Shown: piece after piece, positions 11,101 to 20,817 of the stretch | How the letters are laid out: each line of letters opens with the position of its first letter | How positions within the stretch are numbered: the stretch's first letter is position 1 | Source of the DNA: a virus | Direction: 5' to 3' (one strand) | Length of the DNA stretch: 64,000 nt | IMG/VR virus record: IMGVR_UViG_3300048574_000423 | Location: 2,732-66,731 of that record | The notes under the pieces: generated by a model | Database searches by the model: none | Told to the model about the DNA's origin: nothing | The model's input: only the letters and a program-made list of their open reading frames with translations | Translations under genes and position numbers: made by a program

Positions 11101-11269
11101 GGAACAAGGCCAATTGCTCTGGCTTTGCGGAAAGAACCGGAGGCATTTTTATAGTCCCCATGTCTCGCATATATGACACGCCGTCATTGAACGGTTGACC
11201 GTTGAATACACGGACTATGCTATCAACCGCGTCGGTCTGATACTGCTGGATTTTGAAGCGGAATTTCAT
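8135..11269 (-). CDS. res: Type III restriction endonuclease subunit
   Basis: METGTGKT, DEPQ, SATH, LREGWDNPN, QEVGRGLR, and C-terminal YSPDWA...AETKG. ATG at 11269 overlaps the upstream stop. Confidence 0.92.
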   Translation of the reverse strand: MKFRFKIQQYQTDAVDSIVRVFNGQPFNDGVSYMRDMGTIKMPPVLSAKPEQLALFPEDKPNQLSMDDMTDETGYRNEAIMLQDDLLLANIHTVQTENNIHLSSGLVTGMGRCSLDVEMETGTGKTYVYIKTMFELNRRYGWSKFIVVVPSIAIREGVKKSFEITVDHFMEHYGKKARFFIYNSGNLNQLDSFSSDSGINVMIINTQAFAASLKEDGRSKESRIIYSKRDEFASRRPIDVIAANRPIIILDEPQKMGGEVTQKTLKTFNPLFCLNYSATHAKQHNLVYVLDALDAYNNRLVKKIEVKGFEVKNFRGTDQYLYLEAILLSPKKPPQVRMELEIKYNKSINREFRILSVGDNLYYVSGEMEQYHGLSISEIDPIAGSVTFTNGDTIRKGEVVGDISEMDMRRVQIRETIISHFEKEEQNFDMGIKTLSLFFIDEVAKYRQYDDDGNEALGAYGHIFEQEYYSVLAEYRKFLNPAYLQYLDGISAADTHKGYFSIDKRTGRAVDSDIKRGSEFSDDISAYDLILKNKERLLSFEEPTRFIFSHSALREGWDNPNVFQICTLKHGGDSSTQKRQEVGRGLRLCVNQQGNRMDAETCGDNVQAINTLTVIASEGYSTFVRDLQDQTRAVLYERPTKATIEYFTGKTVVVNGNPVKLDQAQAKMIYKYLAKNDYIGDDDSITREYREDLATKALAPLPEALQPMAESIHKLVQAIFDDSVLKDMFEDGNKTKAPENPLNERFYKDSFQTLWRAINHRYAYTVDFDSDELIRNAIAAIDSQLFVSQLQYTVSQASQRDAISADMMHGGDSFNAVKTKTAALRHAEISQVRYDIIGKIVEGTVLTRRTVATILKGIRSTTFAMFQHNPEEFISKVIRLIREQKATMIVEHITYDQIEGCYDSSIFTAEKHGKSLEEAFVATKAIQDYVYTDGIAEKSIERRFVEDLDSAAEVNIYAKLPKGFSIPTPVGHYSPDWAIVFHEGTVRHIYFVAETKGTMDSLNLRPIEKAKIDCAKKLFATLSTGTVKYDHIDNYQQLLNKVMG

Positions 11270-12102
11270 GGCTTGCTCCTCTTTTCGTACGTCTCCCAAA
11301 AGAATGTCACCAGCGTAATGCTCGCCCCAACGGCTAATTTGGCGTGGCGTGGTTCCAGACCTTTAAAAGATGCGCTCTTACCATGCCCGCTGCCATAAGG
11401 ATTTCGCAGTTCCGCCATGCGGGAAGCCACCTGCAGCAGATTGCCTAGTAAAGCCTTCATATTTTTCGCTTCAACAGCCGTTTCAGGTATATCGGCTGGC
11501 ATAAGCTTAAGCTGTTCCATCGTTTCGCCTGCAAGATTGGCTACTGTCCAATCCTTATCCCAAGCAATGCCCAGAACGTCCAATATCGTCTTACAGCAGC
11601 TCTCGATGAGTTCCTTTGCCTTCCCGATTGCTTCCGTTGGGTTTTCTTCCTGCATTGCGATCATTAGCGTAATCTGCTTTGAAAGATACTCACTCGAGAA
11701 TTTTTCTTTCAAAGCTTCAGCCACCGGTGCAAGCGGGGTAACAATCGGTGAAAAGCGATTCATAATTTCCCTGCATTTGAGATACTGTCTTTTATACTTC
11801 TCATCAAATTGCGGTGCAGTAAACCAGCCGTCGCCTTCGCCTTCAGAATATTCACTTTTGAATTCTTCCTCGTAGTAAGCAAACAGATCAGATATTATCC
11901 TAAATTTATCCGCGTCATTTGCATCATCAAGGAAAGCTATTAGGGATTTCCCTTTGGACGCTTTGTATTTAGCACACAGAGCCACCCCAACGCTACGCAT
12001 GGTAAACACATCGAACTCACTGGTCGAGAAGTTTAGCACATATCCACCTCGGTTGAAAAGGAGCATAAACTGACCAATTTCTTGTTGCGATAAAGCAGCC
12101 AT
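11266..12102 (-). CDS. Abortive infection family protein (AbiJ-like N-domain + Abi_C)
   Basis: GGYVLNFS..FDVF..SKGKSL N-domain; AIGKAKELIESCCKTIL...ELRNPYGSGHG C-domain. Confidence 0.75.
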   Translation of the reverse strand: MAALSQQEIGQFMLLFNRGGYVLNFSTSEFDVFTMRSVGVALCAKYKASKGKSLIAFLDDANDADKFRIISDLFAYYEEEFKSEYSEGEGDGWFTAPQFDEKYKRQYLKCREIMNRFSPIVTPLAPVAEALKEKFSSEYLSKQITLMIAMQEENPTEAIGKAKELIESCCKTILDVLGIAWDKDWTVANLAGETMEQLKLMPADIPETAVEAKNMKALLGNLLQVASRMAELRNPYGSGHGKSASFKGLEPRHAKLAVGASITLVTFFWETYEKRSKP

Positions 12103-14154
12103 TTACAGCACCTTCCTCACGGTCGAGGGCGAATATGTCTCGAATATCTGGTCGAAGTTGGTGGCAACACTGTCGTTCGCCATGGAGCTGTCGCGGAAGA
12201 CGGCATAGTATGGCTGCTTTTTCGCAATGTCTGTAACGGTTTCGGTGGTCACGCCCGCATCGAAACAGGCCAGCAGGAAGCCGTCTGCAACATCGAATAC
12301 CTTTTTGCTAGCGATGATCGTCTCCGCAATTTTACTGGAGGGCAGTACGCCCAGCTCAAGCATCACTTGGAACAGCAGGTCTTCCGGCGTGCGGTCGGGC
12401 TTGATGTTGTCGGCGGTAAAATCAAGCAGAGACTGCGCCATTTGTGCAGGGTTATAGTACACATCCTGCATGTTGCTGCTGTCCAGGCGCAGGACGCGGA
12501 AACCGATGTCGAGGTCTTGGGCGATTAAGCCTGCTTCCTCTTTGATCTTGCGCCCTGCCCGGCGTATACGCTCCTTGCCAATATCGCAAAGTGTAGAATA
12601 TAGAGGCGAACTGCTTTTTTCAGGTAATTGGACAAGGATAAATCTCCGCGCTCCGTCGTCTTTACTATTCATGCTCATAACAGCATGAGCTGTTGTTGCA
12701 GAACCAGAGAAAAAGTCCAAGACTAATGACCCCTTGCCTGCTGCTATCGTTATTATTCTTTCTAGTAATCTTGTCGGTTTCGGAGTGTCAAATGGTGCAC
12801 TTCCTTCAAAGAGTGCTTTCAGTTCTTTTTTAGCCTCATCTGTGTGCCCAACTTCTGAGTATGGCCATAAGTTGGTTACTACACGACCATCGGTATCGTT
12901 AAGGTAAGTTTTTCGTGCAATTCCACCATGGCCGCCTTTTGTAAAGAAAAAACGTGGCCAACTTCCCGCATTATACACTTCTTGAGCATGCCTTCTTGCA
13001 TCTTCTAGCGATGTAGCTAGAACAATACCCTTAACACCAGGGCGAACCTCAGACGGCTGAATGCCACAGACTGCAGCTCTTTGCTCAGCATCGTCAGTAT
13101 CCTTAAGTATATATCTACCCCATCCTTGCATTATTCCAAGCATATCGGATTGCCGAAGGGGCCAACAAGCACCTTTATATGGATACACCATTTCACCAGT
13201 AAATGGATGCTGGATGGCATATACCATTCCTTGATGGGTTACAGCATTCGGAGCGAATGCGTCGCTAGTCCTCCAAGGGCTAGTATCATTATCCGGATTT
13301 TTATATTTCGCATCCATTTTTTCTGTACGAGGTAGTTTGTATGGATTCCAGTTGATGTTTCTACCGTAAACTAACAAGTGTTCTTTTTCGTCGCTTACGC
13401 CTTGAGAATCATTTCGTGGCGAATATGTACGCTGCCAAGCGATATCGGCAATAAAGCAGATCTCTCCAAAAATCTCATTACACATCTTCATGAGGTTAGC
13501 TGCTTCATTGTCATCAATGCTTATAAAAATTGCTCCATCCTCAGTCAGCAGATCTTTAGCAATCTTTAAACGCGAATATATCATATTCAACCAATCGGTG
13601 TGATAACGACCGTTACTGTTTGTATTCTGAACTAATTTATTCCCCTGTTCATCATACTGTCCACTCCGGGCCATATAGATCTCTATATCCTCAGAAAAAT
13701 CATCTGCATAGACGAAGTCATTCCCTGTGTTATAAGGTGGGTCGATATAGATCATCTTTACCTTGCCGAGATACGTCTCCCTGAGCATCTTCAAAACATC
13801 GAGGTTATCGCCTTCAATGTACAAATTCTCCGAATCAAAGCCACCGAGTGTGCCATCTCGGCCCGCGCTGTCCGCCCGCACTGGTCGCAGGGTAGCAGAA
13901 ATGGGCGCATTCGCCGCCAGCATGGCCTTCTTCTTGTCCGGCCAAGTGAACTGATATCGCTCCTCTCGCCCCTCCACCACTGTGGTGGAAATCTCCTGCA
14001 TCAGCACATCCTTGTCAATCGCCCGCTCCACTATGGCCTTTCCATCTTCGTCATATCCGGTAATTGTCTCCGTAACTGCGTTCGGGAAAAGCGCCGCTAG
14101 CTTTTTGAAGTTTTCGTCCGCGAGGTTCGGGGTGTGCATATTGAGCTTATCCAT
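12103..14154 (-). CDS. mod: Type III m6A DNA methyltransferase
   Basis: IEGDNL, IYIDPPYNTG, FDTPKP, LDFFSGSATTA; AT-rich central target-recognition region. Confidence 0.92.
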   Translation of the reverse strand: MDKLNMHTPNLADENFKKLAALFPNAVTETITGYDEDGKAIVERAIDKDVLMQEISTTVVEGREERYQFTWPDKKKAMLAANAPISATLRPVRADSAGRDGTLGGFDSENLYIEGDNLDVLKMLRETYLGKVKMIYIDPPYNTGNDFVYADDFSEDIEIYMARSGQYDEQGNKLVQNTNSNGRYHTDWLNMIYSRLKIAKDLLTEDGAIFISIDDNEAANLMKMCNEIFGEICFIADIAWQRTYSPRNDSQGVSDEKEHLLVYGRNINWNPYKLPRTEKMDAKYKNPDNDTSPWRTSDAFAPNAVTHQGMVYAIQHPFTGEMVYPYKGACWPLRQSDMLGIMQGWGRYILKDTDDAEQRAAVCGIQPSEVRPGVKGIVLATSLEDARRHAQEVYNAGSWPRFFFTKGGHGGIARKTYLNDTDGRVVTNLWPYSEVGHTDEAKKELKALFEGSAPFDTPKPTRLLERIITIAAGKGSLVLDFFSGSATTAHAVMSMNSKDDGARRFILVQLPEKSSSPLYSTLCDIGKERIRRAGRKIKEEAGLIAQDLDIGFRVLRLDSSNMQDVYYNPAQMAQSLLDFTADNIKPDRTPEDLLFQVMLELGVLPSSKIAETIIASKKVFDVADGFLLACFDAGVTTETVTDIAKKQPYYAVFRDSSMANDSVATNFDQIFETYSPSTVRKVL

Positions 14155-14159
14155 AACTT

Positions 14160-14945
14160 TTACTCCTCATCAATACCAAATTCAGTTTCGCTGACTTTCG
14201 CCTGCTTATAGGTCGCCCCGATCGCGCTAGAAGCACGAAATAGCTTAGCTTTATTCTCTGTAGAGCAGTTGACACCAGCAACAATCTTTGACGTTTTTAA
14301 TCCAATCTCCTCGACAGGAATACTCTTGCCTAATGATTTAGTGCCAAACATCGGGAAAAGGATTCGATATTCATTTTCCCATTCCCATGATTTGTGTTTC
14401 ACATAGGCCGCTTCCAGCGCCAGGCGAGCATAAAACTCCTTATCGGCCTCATGGTTAACTCTAAAGGCTTCATACAAATTAGCAGTAATCACCGCTGTTC
14501 CAATGCGGTTTTCTTCATAACTTACTTTATGAAAAGTTTCGGAGCTAACCACATCATATTCAACACAAAAACCACGATGATTGTTTGTGTAATACGCCCA
14601 CATAGGTAAGAACTGCTCATTGTTTGCAGTAAAACATCCCACATAGAATTGTTGCCTGAAATCTAAGCCAGCGGCGATTCTCTCTATTACATCCTTAGGC
14701 CATCCATACCCAATCAATTTCGCTTTATTTATATACATGGCTTGGAAGTCATAAGGGTCATTTTCTTCTTCTGCCGCCGACACCCAAAATCTCTTCTCTT
14801 CAAGGGTGTTAAATTTCTTTTCGTTAGCTGTCTCATCGTCTGACAAGGAAACAAACTTATATAGTTTGGGGGGTATCAAAGAAGCCATCAGCTTTTTTGC
14901 CTCTTCATATTTTCGATCAAAAAGCAAGCCGTAATATGTACTCAT
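14160..14945 (-). CDS. DUF2971-like protein
   Basis: KLYKF, NDPYD, MWAYY.NNHRGFCVEY, KHKSWEWENEYR motifs; AT-rich insert. Confidence 0.75.
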   Translation of the reverse strand: MSTYYGLLFDRKYEEAKKLMASLIPPKLYKFVSLSDDETANEKKFNTLEEKRFWVSAAEEENDPYDFQAMYINKAKLIGYGWPKDVIERIAAGLDFRQQFYVGCFTANNEQFLPMWAYYTNNHRGFCVEYDVVSSETFHKVSYEENRIGTAVITANLYEAFRVNHEADKEFYARLALEAAYVKHKSWEWENEYRILFPMFGTKSLGKSIPVEEIGLKTSKIVAGVNCSTENKAKLFRASSAIGATYKQAKVSETEFGIDEE

Positions 14946-14947
14946 GC

Positions 14948-15556
14948 CTAGCCCCTCAATTCTTCTCTATACTGTCTTATCCGTTGTACCAAATCAAATT
15001 TCCGCTTCGGCTGTTTCTCCGCTCTCGCCAGCTTTTCGAGCTTAGTGATTTCCTTCTGTACCTTCTCACGCCTGTCGGCAATGGCGAGCTGCTCGTCCAG
15101 CGTGTTGCCCTGTTCCATCTCAATTCCGGCGATGCGGGCAACAATATTCTCCCACACTTCATCCAGATTCAAGCCGATGAGGTTGATATGGAGCGACTCT
15201 GGTGTGGCCCATTCGCCCATGATGAGCTTAGTTTGCCATAGCGCCAGGCGCTGCTGCTCGTCGGCCTCCAGCACCATGAGCAGCTTCTGCCCAAACATCC
15301 GGGCGATGAAGGCAATGCTCTGAGGATCAAACTCCTTCTGCCGAAGCCCAATCAGAACAACGAAAAAAGACTTGATTTCTTCTCCGGCTTCGAGGTTCAC
15401 AGATACAGGCGAAATCTCATTCGTCAGCGTGATGCGAGCAATGTCGCCGTCGAAGCGTTTGCGGCGTTCGGGGTTCATCTCCGCACCGAAACGCTCGAAC
15501 ACCTTTTTCTTGGTGATGGCCTTTCGGATTTGAGTGGATTGCGGCAGCCCCAGCAT
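14948..15556 (-). CDS. DUF4391 protein
   Basis: MLGLPQST start and EKQPKRKFDL C-terminus; usual position between SNF2 and mod. Confidence 0.75.
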   Translation of the reverse strand: MLGLPQSTQIRKAITKKKVFERFGAEMNPERRKRFDGDIARITLTNEISPVSVNLEAGEEIKSFFVVLIGLRQKEFDPQSIAFIARMFGQKLLMVLEADEQQRLALWQTKLIMGEWATPESLHINLIGLNLDEVWENIVARIAGIEMEQGNTLDEQLAIADRREKVQKEITKLEKLARAEKQPKRKFDLVQRIRQYREELRG

Positions 15557-15568
15557 AGCAGTCACCCC

Positions 15569-18500
15569 TTACTTCACCACGAGAAAGCAGATCAGTTCGA
15601 AGTCCTCCAACCCGGAAATAGCCCCTTTGAGGAAGCTCGTCTGATTGCCCTTGAGGAAGCTATCAATGTCGCTTTCTTCCTTCACATGAATGATGGAATC
15701 AATCGCCTCGGAAAGCATTTCGGAATAGGTTGACATATTCCTCCCATCCTTTGTATCCCGATTGAAAGCGCGGCACATCTCCATATCGGGCTCGTCTTTG
15801 CCCCTGCAAAGCAAGCGCATCTTGTCCAGCATGACCTTGGGAGATAGGTGGTCGCAGACAACCTCGCCGTCTTCTCCAATGTACACCATGTAGAAGGGGT
15901 GTAACCGGTTCTGTTCGTCGATATTGACTCCACCGTTGATATTGCGCAGCACAAACAGGACGCCCATAGGCGCTTCTTCTGTGGCCCGGACAATGGCGTT
16001 CATGCCGTGCGGAGCCTTTTCGATATCTGGATGACGCTTCATGTACTCCAACAAATCAAGCCGGAATTCATTCAGTCCTAAGTCCATGATGGAGATACCG
16101 GACTGCATATCCTCTATATCTACAACTTCTTCCTGCAGGCGTTTGAGCTGTTGTTTGCGGTATTCCAGGTCGCCCTTTTCCTCGGCATTGATGAGATCGT
16201 CGTCGCCGGTGGAGGTCATGACAGAAATCCTCATGCGAGTCTCTACACGGCTTTTTAGGTTGATGTACTCATCAAGCGACAGATCGGGCCAAAAGTTCAC
16301 GAGCTGGATGCTGGCGTTCCGGCTGCCGATCCGGTCAATACGGCCAAAGCGCTGGATGATCCGGACGGGGTTCCAATGGATGTCGTAGTTGACACAATAA
16401 TCGCAATCTTGGAGGTTCTGTCCTTCGGAGATGCAATCCGTAGCAATTAGAATGTCGATGCTGGACTTCTGATTCGGCATGAGCAAGGCTTTGTCCTTGG
16501 ATATGGGCGAGAAGCAAGTCAGCACACTATTCATGTCGGCATGGAAGCCGTGAATCGTCGTTCTGCCGTCTACGTCACCAGTGATCATCGCGGTGTGAAG
16601 CCCAAATTCGCGCCGCACAAAATCGCTCACCTGGCCATACAAATACTCGGCGGTATCGGAAAAGGCCGTAAAGATCAATATTTTCCGGTTGCCCGGATTG
16701 AATGGATGCTCGATCTTTTCGCGCATCAAGCGAAAAAGCTCCTGCAGCTTAGTGTCGTGTGCTGGCGTGATGTCTTGAATCATCAGCGAAAGCAGCTCAA
16801 GGTTGTCCGCATCGGCAGCCAGTTCCTTGCGCCACGAAACGTAGTCCATGTCCGATAGGTCAATTTTTATTTTCTTGCCAATCGTGAAGAAATCTGTGTT
16901 CTGGTCGTCCTCGTCGAAATCATCCGCATCTTCAATACTCAACGCATCCAGCACGAAACTACCCGTCCGATATGCGTCTATGGCCTTGATCGTTGCGTCG
17001 ATAAAACCACGCACGCGATCTACAGTCAGACGGAAAGAATGGACGGAGCTTTCCAAACGCTTTAGCAGATTGATACTCATGAGGCGGCGGATGCCTTGCT
17101 CACGGCCTTGTTGGTTCAGAGCCTTGGATGTATCCACATACTTGCTTAATTTACTGGGGAAGATAAAGTGGGTTGGAGTGTATATGTGCAAATTGAGCAG
17201 CATAAGCAGCTCATATATCTCGTTGTAGTTAATGGCACCATTCAAATCTGTCAGGCAGGGTCGAACAGGCACAGGCCTTCTCCGTTCGGGGAAGTTACCG
17301 ATGTCTGAGGTATTATAGTACTTTTGAATATGCTTGCGCGACCGGGCAATGGTCACGCTGTCCAATACCTCGAAGAAGTCGAAGTCGAGCATACGGAGGA
17401 GAGCGGGGGTTGTACGTTCCTCCTGAGGCATCTTACTCCAAGCATTGAAAACGCGCTGGGCATTGCGAAAAATTTCGTCGATGGACTTCTTCGTATTAAG
17501 ACGTTCATTGATTTGCTGACTGTCGCCTTCATACGCCAATGCGAGCTGATTGCGTAGATCGTAGAAACGATTATTTACCGGGGTGGCTGAAAGCATGAGT
17601 ACTTTTGTTCTGACGCCAGTGCGGATCACCTTATTGAGCAGCCGTAGATAACGGTTTTCACGGCTTCCATCCTCGCCGGACACCTCACCGCCATTGCGGA
17701 AATTGTGCGATTCATCTATGACTACCAGATCATAGTTGCTCCAGTTTAGACGAGAAAGATCGAGGCCATTGGAGGTGCCGCGCTCGCGAGAAAGATCGGT
17801 GTGGTACAGGACATCGTAATTCAGCCGATCTGCGGCGACGGGGTTGTTTATATAGTTGTCTTTGAAGGTATTCCAGTTGTTCGACAGTTTCTTTGGGCAG
17901 AGTACCAGCACGGTCTTGTTGCGGTTTTCATAATACTTGATGACTGCAAGAGCCGTAAAGGTCTTGCCGAGACCGACACTGTCAGCCAAAATGCAGCCAT
18001 TATATTTTTCCAATTTGTTGATGATAGCAAGAGCTGCATCCTTCTGGAAATTGTAGAGCATCCCCCAGATGACGCTGTTCTTGAAACCGGTAGCCTCATT
18101 CGGAAGATCATCCTCGGATACATTTTCTAGAAAATCTTTGAAAATGTTATATAGCGCCACAAAATAAATGAAGTCAGGGGAGTTCTCACGGTAGGCTGCG
18201 GTTATATTATCCAACACTACCTCGGTAACGTCTTGCAATTTGGAGGCATTACTCCAAACATTATCAAATAGCTGGAGGTAGGCGCTGCTCATTGGTGCTT
18301 CGAGCTTGTTGACATAGTTATAGGCATTATTTCCGCGTTCGCAGCCAATATCAATGGTCGTAAAACCATTCATCGGCATATAGGTAATTGCGTTTCCAGT
18401 TGACTCCACATTGACAAAGCCGCCCATATTCTCGCCGGTGACGTTTGACTTGAATGTGACTTTTCGCCGAATCCAGTCAGCGCACTCTTTGGCAATGGCT

Positions 18501-18793
18501 TTCTGAGATAACTCATTCCTCAACTTGATTTCAAAATCCGATCCATATAGGCTACGCTCGCGTGATAGTCTGGGAATATAGAACTCCCGTTTTTCCTTTG
18601 GTGCTTTTTCAGTTGTAAAAGCCTGTGCAGTGAAGATGAACCGTAATTCGGACACGCCTTCAAGCTGTTTTTTTAACTCATGATAAGCATAGATAGAGAA
18701 ACAGGCAGCGGCAATGGATATGCGGCTGCCAGGCCCTATTGTTTTGGTCAAATCATCTCGGACAATCTTTGCAACGTTGTCAAATACTTCCAC
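15569..18793 (-). CDS. SNF2-family helicase with a degenerate PLD-like N-domain
   Basis: LADSVGLGKT, DESHNFRN, LSATP, SEGQNLQ, QRFGRIDRIG. Confidence 0.9.
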   Translation of the reverse strand: MEVFDNVAKIVRDDLTKTIGPGSRISIAAACFSIYAYHELKKQLEGVSELRFIFTAQAFTTEKAPKEKREFYIPRLSRERSLYGSDFEIKLRNELSQKAIAKECADWIRRKVTFKSNVTGENMGGFVNVESTGNAITYMPMNGFTTIDIGCERGNNAYNYVNKLEAPMSSAYLQLFDNVWSNASKLQDVTEVVLDNITAAYRENSPDFIYFVALYNIFKDFLENVSEDDLPNEATGFKNSVIWGMLYNFQKDAALAIINKLEKYNGCILADSVGLGKTFTALAVIKYYENRNKTVLVLCPKKLSNNWNTFKDNYINNPVAADRLNYDVLYHTDLSRERGTSNGLDLSRLNWSNYDLVVIDESHNFRNGGEVSGEDGSRENRYLRLLNKVIRTGVRTKVLMLSATPVNNRFYDLRNQLALAYEGDSQQINERLNTKKSIDEIFRNAQRVFNAWSKMPQEERTTPALLRMLDFDFFEVLDSVTIARSRKHIQKYYNTSDIGNFPERRRPVPVRPCLTDLNGAINYNEIYELLMLLNLHIYTPTHFIFPSKLSKYVDTSKALNQQGREQGIRRLMSINLLKRLESSVHSFRLTVDRVRGFIDATIKAIDAYRTGSFVLDALSIEDADDFDEDDQNTDFFTIGKKIKIDLSDMDYVSWRKELAADADNLELLSLMIQDITPAHDTKLQELFRLMREKIEHPFNPGNRKILIFTAFSDTAEYLYGQVSDFVRREFGLHTAMITGDVDGRTTIHGFHADMNSVLTCFSPISKDKALLMPNQKSSIDILIATDCISEGQNLQDCDYCVNYDIHWNPVRIIQRFGRIDRIGSRNASIQLVNFWPDLSLDEYINLKSRVETRMRISVMTSTGDDDLINAEEKGDLEYRKQQLKRLQEEVVDIEDMQSGISIMDLGLNEFRLDLLEYMKRHPDIEKAPHGMNAIVRATEEAPMGVLFVLRNINGGVNIDEQNRLHPFYMVYIGEDGEVVCDHLSPKVMLDKMRLLCRGKDEPDMEMCRAFNRDTKDGRNMSTYSEMLSEAIDSIIHVKEESDIDSFLKGNQTSFLKGAISGLEDFELICFLVVK

Positions 18794-18883
18794 AGCGCTG
18801 CCTCCGTTTCAGTATTCCGTTACTCAACAGATTTTACCACAAAGATCGATGTAATTCAACATTTCTTGCGTTAAGGGCGGTGC

Positions 18884-19546
18884 CTACCTTTTTTCAAAAG
18901 GTACATTGCAGTCCCCACATACCACATTTACCTGCTTCGTCGCCCGGATGATCGCGCCGCAGACCCGGCAGACATATTTGATGCTGCGGTTCTTACTGGT
19001 CTGGCGGCCTCCCCGGATGGTGGTCGTAGTCGGCGCTTCGCCGTCTTCCTTATCGCCCGAGGTGGTCGTTATCTGCAAGAGGGTCTTCCGGCTGGCGGCA
19101 ATGTCCTCCACGCCGGGCTGTGCGGCCAGCCAAGCTGCCGTTTCCTCGGCCAGCGTCGTGATCGTCCAGCCGTAGGTGGTGTGTTGCTCGATGCGCAGGC
19201 CGTGGGTCTCGGCAGTTTCCTTGAATTTCATGTTGTGGTAGTAGCCGTTGTTGCTCACGTCCTTGATCCCGTGCGTCAGGTCGTAGAAGTGCGCCATCTC
19301 GTGGAGCATGGTCGCGGCCACCTCGCCAATGGGCCGGTTAATGTACTCAGCGCAGATGTTGATCTCTCGGTGCGCTTCGCCGTTGCCCTGCCAGATTTCG
19401 TATACGCTGCACCAGCCATACGCGCCGTGCCCGCCGTCCGGCGATACCGTGATGGCCGGGCGATGGAGTTCGCCCAAGTAGAAGTGGGCGTTGAAAAGGT
19501 CAAACATGGCTTCGGTCTTGGCTACGATCTCGGAAATGCTCAGCAT
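18884..19546 (-). CDS. SprT-like zinc metalloprotease with a C-terminal zinc ribbon
   Basis: TMLHEMAH (HExxH); CRVC...CGDC; RBS AAGGA before ATG 19546. Confidence 0.8.
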   Translation of the reverse strand: MLSISEIVAKTEAMFDLFNAHFYLGELHRPAITVSPDGGHGAYGWCSVYEIWQGNGEAHREINICAEYINRPIGEVAATMLHEMAHFYDLTHGIKDVSNNGYYHNMKFKETAETHGLRIEQHTTYGWTITTLAEETAAWLAAQPGVEDIAASRKTLLQITTTSGDKEDGEAPTTTTIRGGRQTSKNRSIKYVCRVCGAIIRATKQVNVVCGDCNVPFEKR

Positions 19547-19699
19547 GATGGGTTCCTTCTTGAAAATTGTGTTCGATGTGGTCACAGCTTAGCGTTATGA
19601 ACATAATCTTCAAGTCAGAAAAGCGTCCAAAGAAAAGCCCTCGGCTGCTGATAAAGCTGCCAAGGGCGTTGGGACATCCTGAATTAAGAGGCGTGAGGG

Positions 19700-20788
19700 T
19701 CATCCGACCTCGTTCAGCTTCCTCGTGGTCGTGCCGCGATTGTACCGGACGCCATACTCCGTTTCGATGGTGTCCAGATGGTATTCGGCGACGGTTTCCT
19801 CGTTCGTGGCATGGACGACATCCACGCAGTAGTCGTAGCAGAGCGATGCGGCGACCTCCAGCAGCTTCGGCCACTCTTTATCTCTCACCCCGTCAAGTAC
19901 CCGCTCCGAGCGCTTGGCCGCCGAGCGGGATTCAATATAAATGCCCGCCCTGTATTTCAATTCACGATAGAATCTATCCCAGGCGACCGAGTACTTCCGG
20001 TCGAATGCCGCCACCGCGATGGCCCGGATCAGGGCGTTCAGCGTGGCTCGCGGCGGCCAGACGAGCGACTTCTGCGCGAGCATGGCGTTGACAGCGTTCA
20101 GGGAGTTATTGGCCTTCTCCAGGGCGGTACTCTTCACCGCCAACTGCTGGTTTGACGTTTCCAGGTGTTCTGCTATTTCAGAGAGGGCCGTCACCTGCTG
20201 CTGCGCTGCGAGAAGATGCCGGTTCAGATAGTCGTTCATCTTCTTCGCCGCCTGTGCGAACGCCATGATGTCGCCGGAAGCGAACGCCTTCCCGATTTCC
20301 AGCTGCATCTCCTGCTCGTTCACGATCTCCGTAACGCGCGCCTGAGGCGACGCATTTTCGGCGATGTTCAGAAGCTGGTTGCGTACCTCCTTGGCCACCC
20401 GAGAATTGGGGAGCAGCATCGCCATGTTCAGGATGGCGCGCGGCGGGAACATGCGTGTCGCGCAGTTGTTGGCCTCAAAATATACGTCGTCCACGCAATA
20501 CAGCCGCTTCGCCCTCATTTTGACGGACTGGACATCTTGTCCTGTCCGTTCGTCTACCTCAGAGAGCGTTAGAAGAACGGTGCCGTTTGCATCCAGTTCT
20601 TCTCTGTTTCTTTGGTAGCATTTGCGGACGGCATCAACTTCCACCTCAAAAAAGTCCGCCACCTGCTGCGTGGTCGCCATGAAAAGCCTGGGGATCAGGA
20701 GCAGCGCCTTGACCTTCTGGAGGACTTCCACACGCTCCAGCATGGCCGCGCGTTCCTCTTTAGTCATGATGATGTTCTCGCCGTGCAT
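19700..20788 (-). CDS. Phage antirepressor-like DNA-binding protein with a coiled coil
   Basis: ATTQQVADFFEV...FPPRAILNMAMLLPNSRVAKEVRNQLL resembles phage antirepressor-type N-domains; RBS GAGGTG. Confidence 0.55.
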   Translation of the reverse strand: MHGENIIMTKEERAAMLERVEVLQKVKALLLIPRLFMATTQQVADFFEVEVDAVRKCYQRNREELDANGTVLLTLSEVDERTGQDVQSVKMRAKRLYCVDDVYFEANNCATRMFPPRAILNMAMLLPNSRVAKEVRNQLLNIAENASPQARVTEIVNEQEMQLEIGKAFASGDIMAFAQAAKKMNDYLNRHLLAAQQQVTALSEIAEHLETSNQQLAVKSTALEKANNSLNAVNAMLAQKSLVWPPRATLNALIRAIAVAAFDRKYSVAWDRFYRELKYRAGIYIESRSAAKRSERVLDGVRDKEWPKLLEVAASLCYDYCVDVVHATNEETVAEYHLDTIETEYGVRYNRGTTTRKLNEVG

Positions 20789-20817
20789 GGTATCACCTCT
20801 CGTGTAAAAACTAGCCG

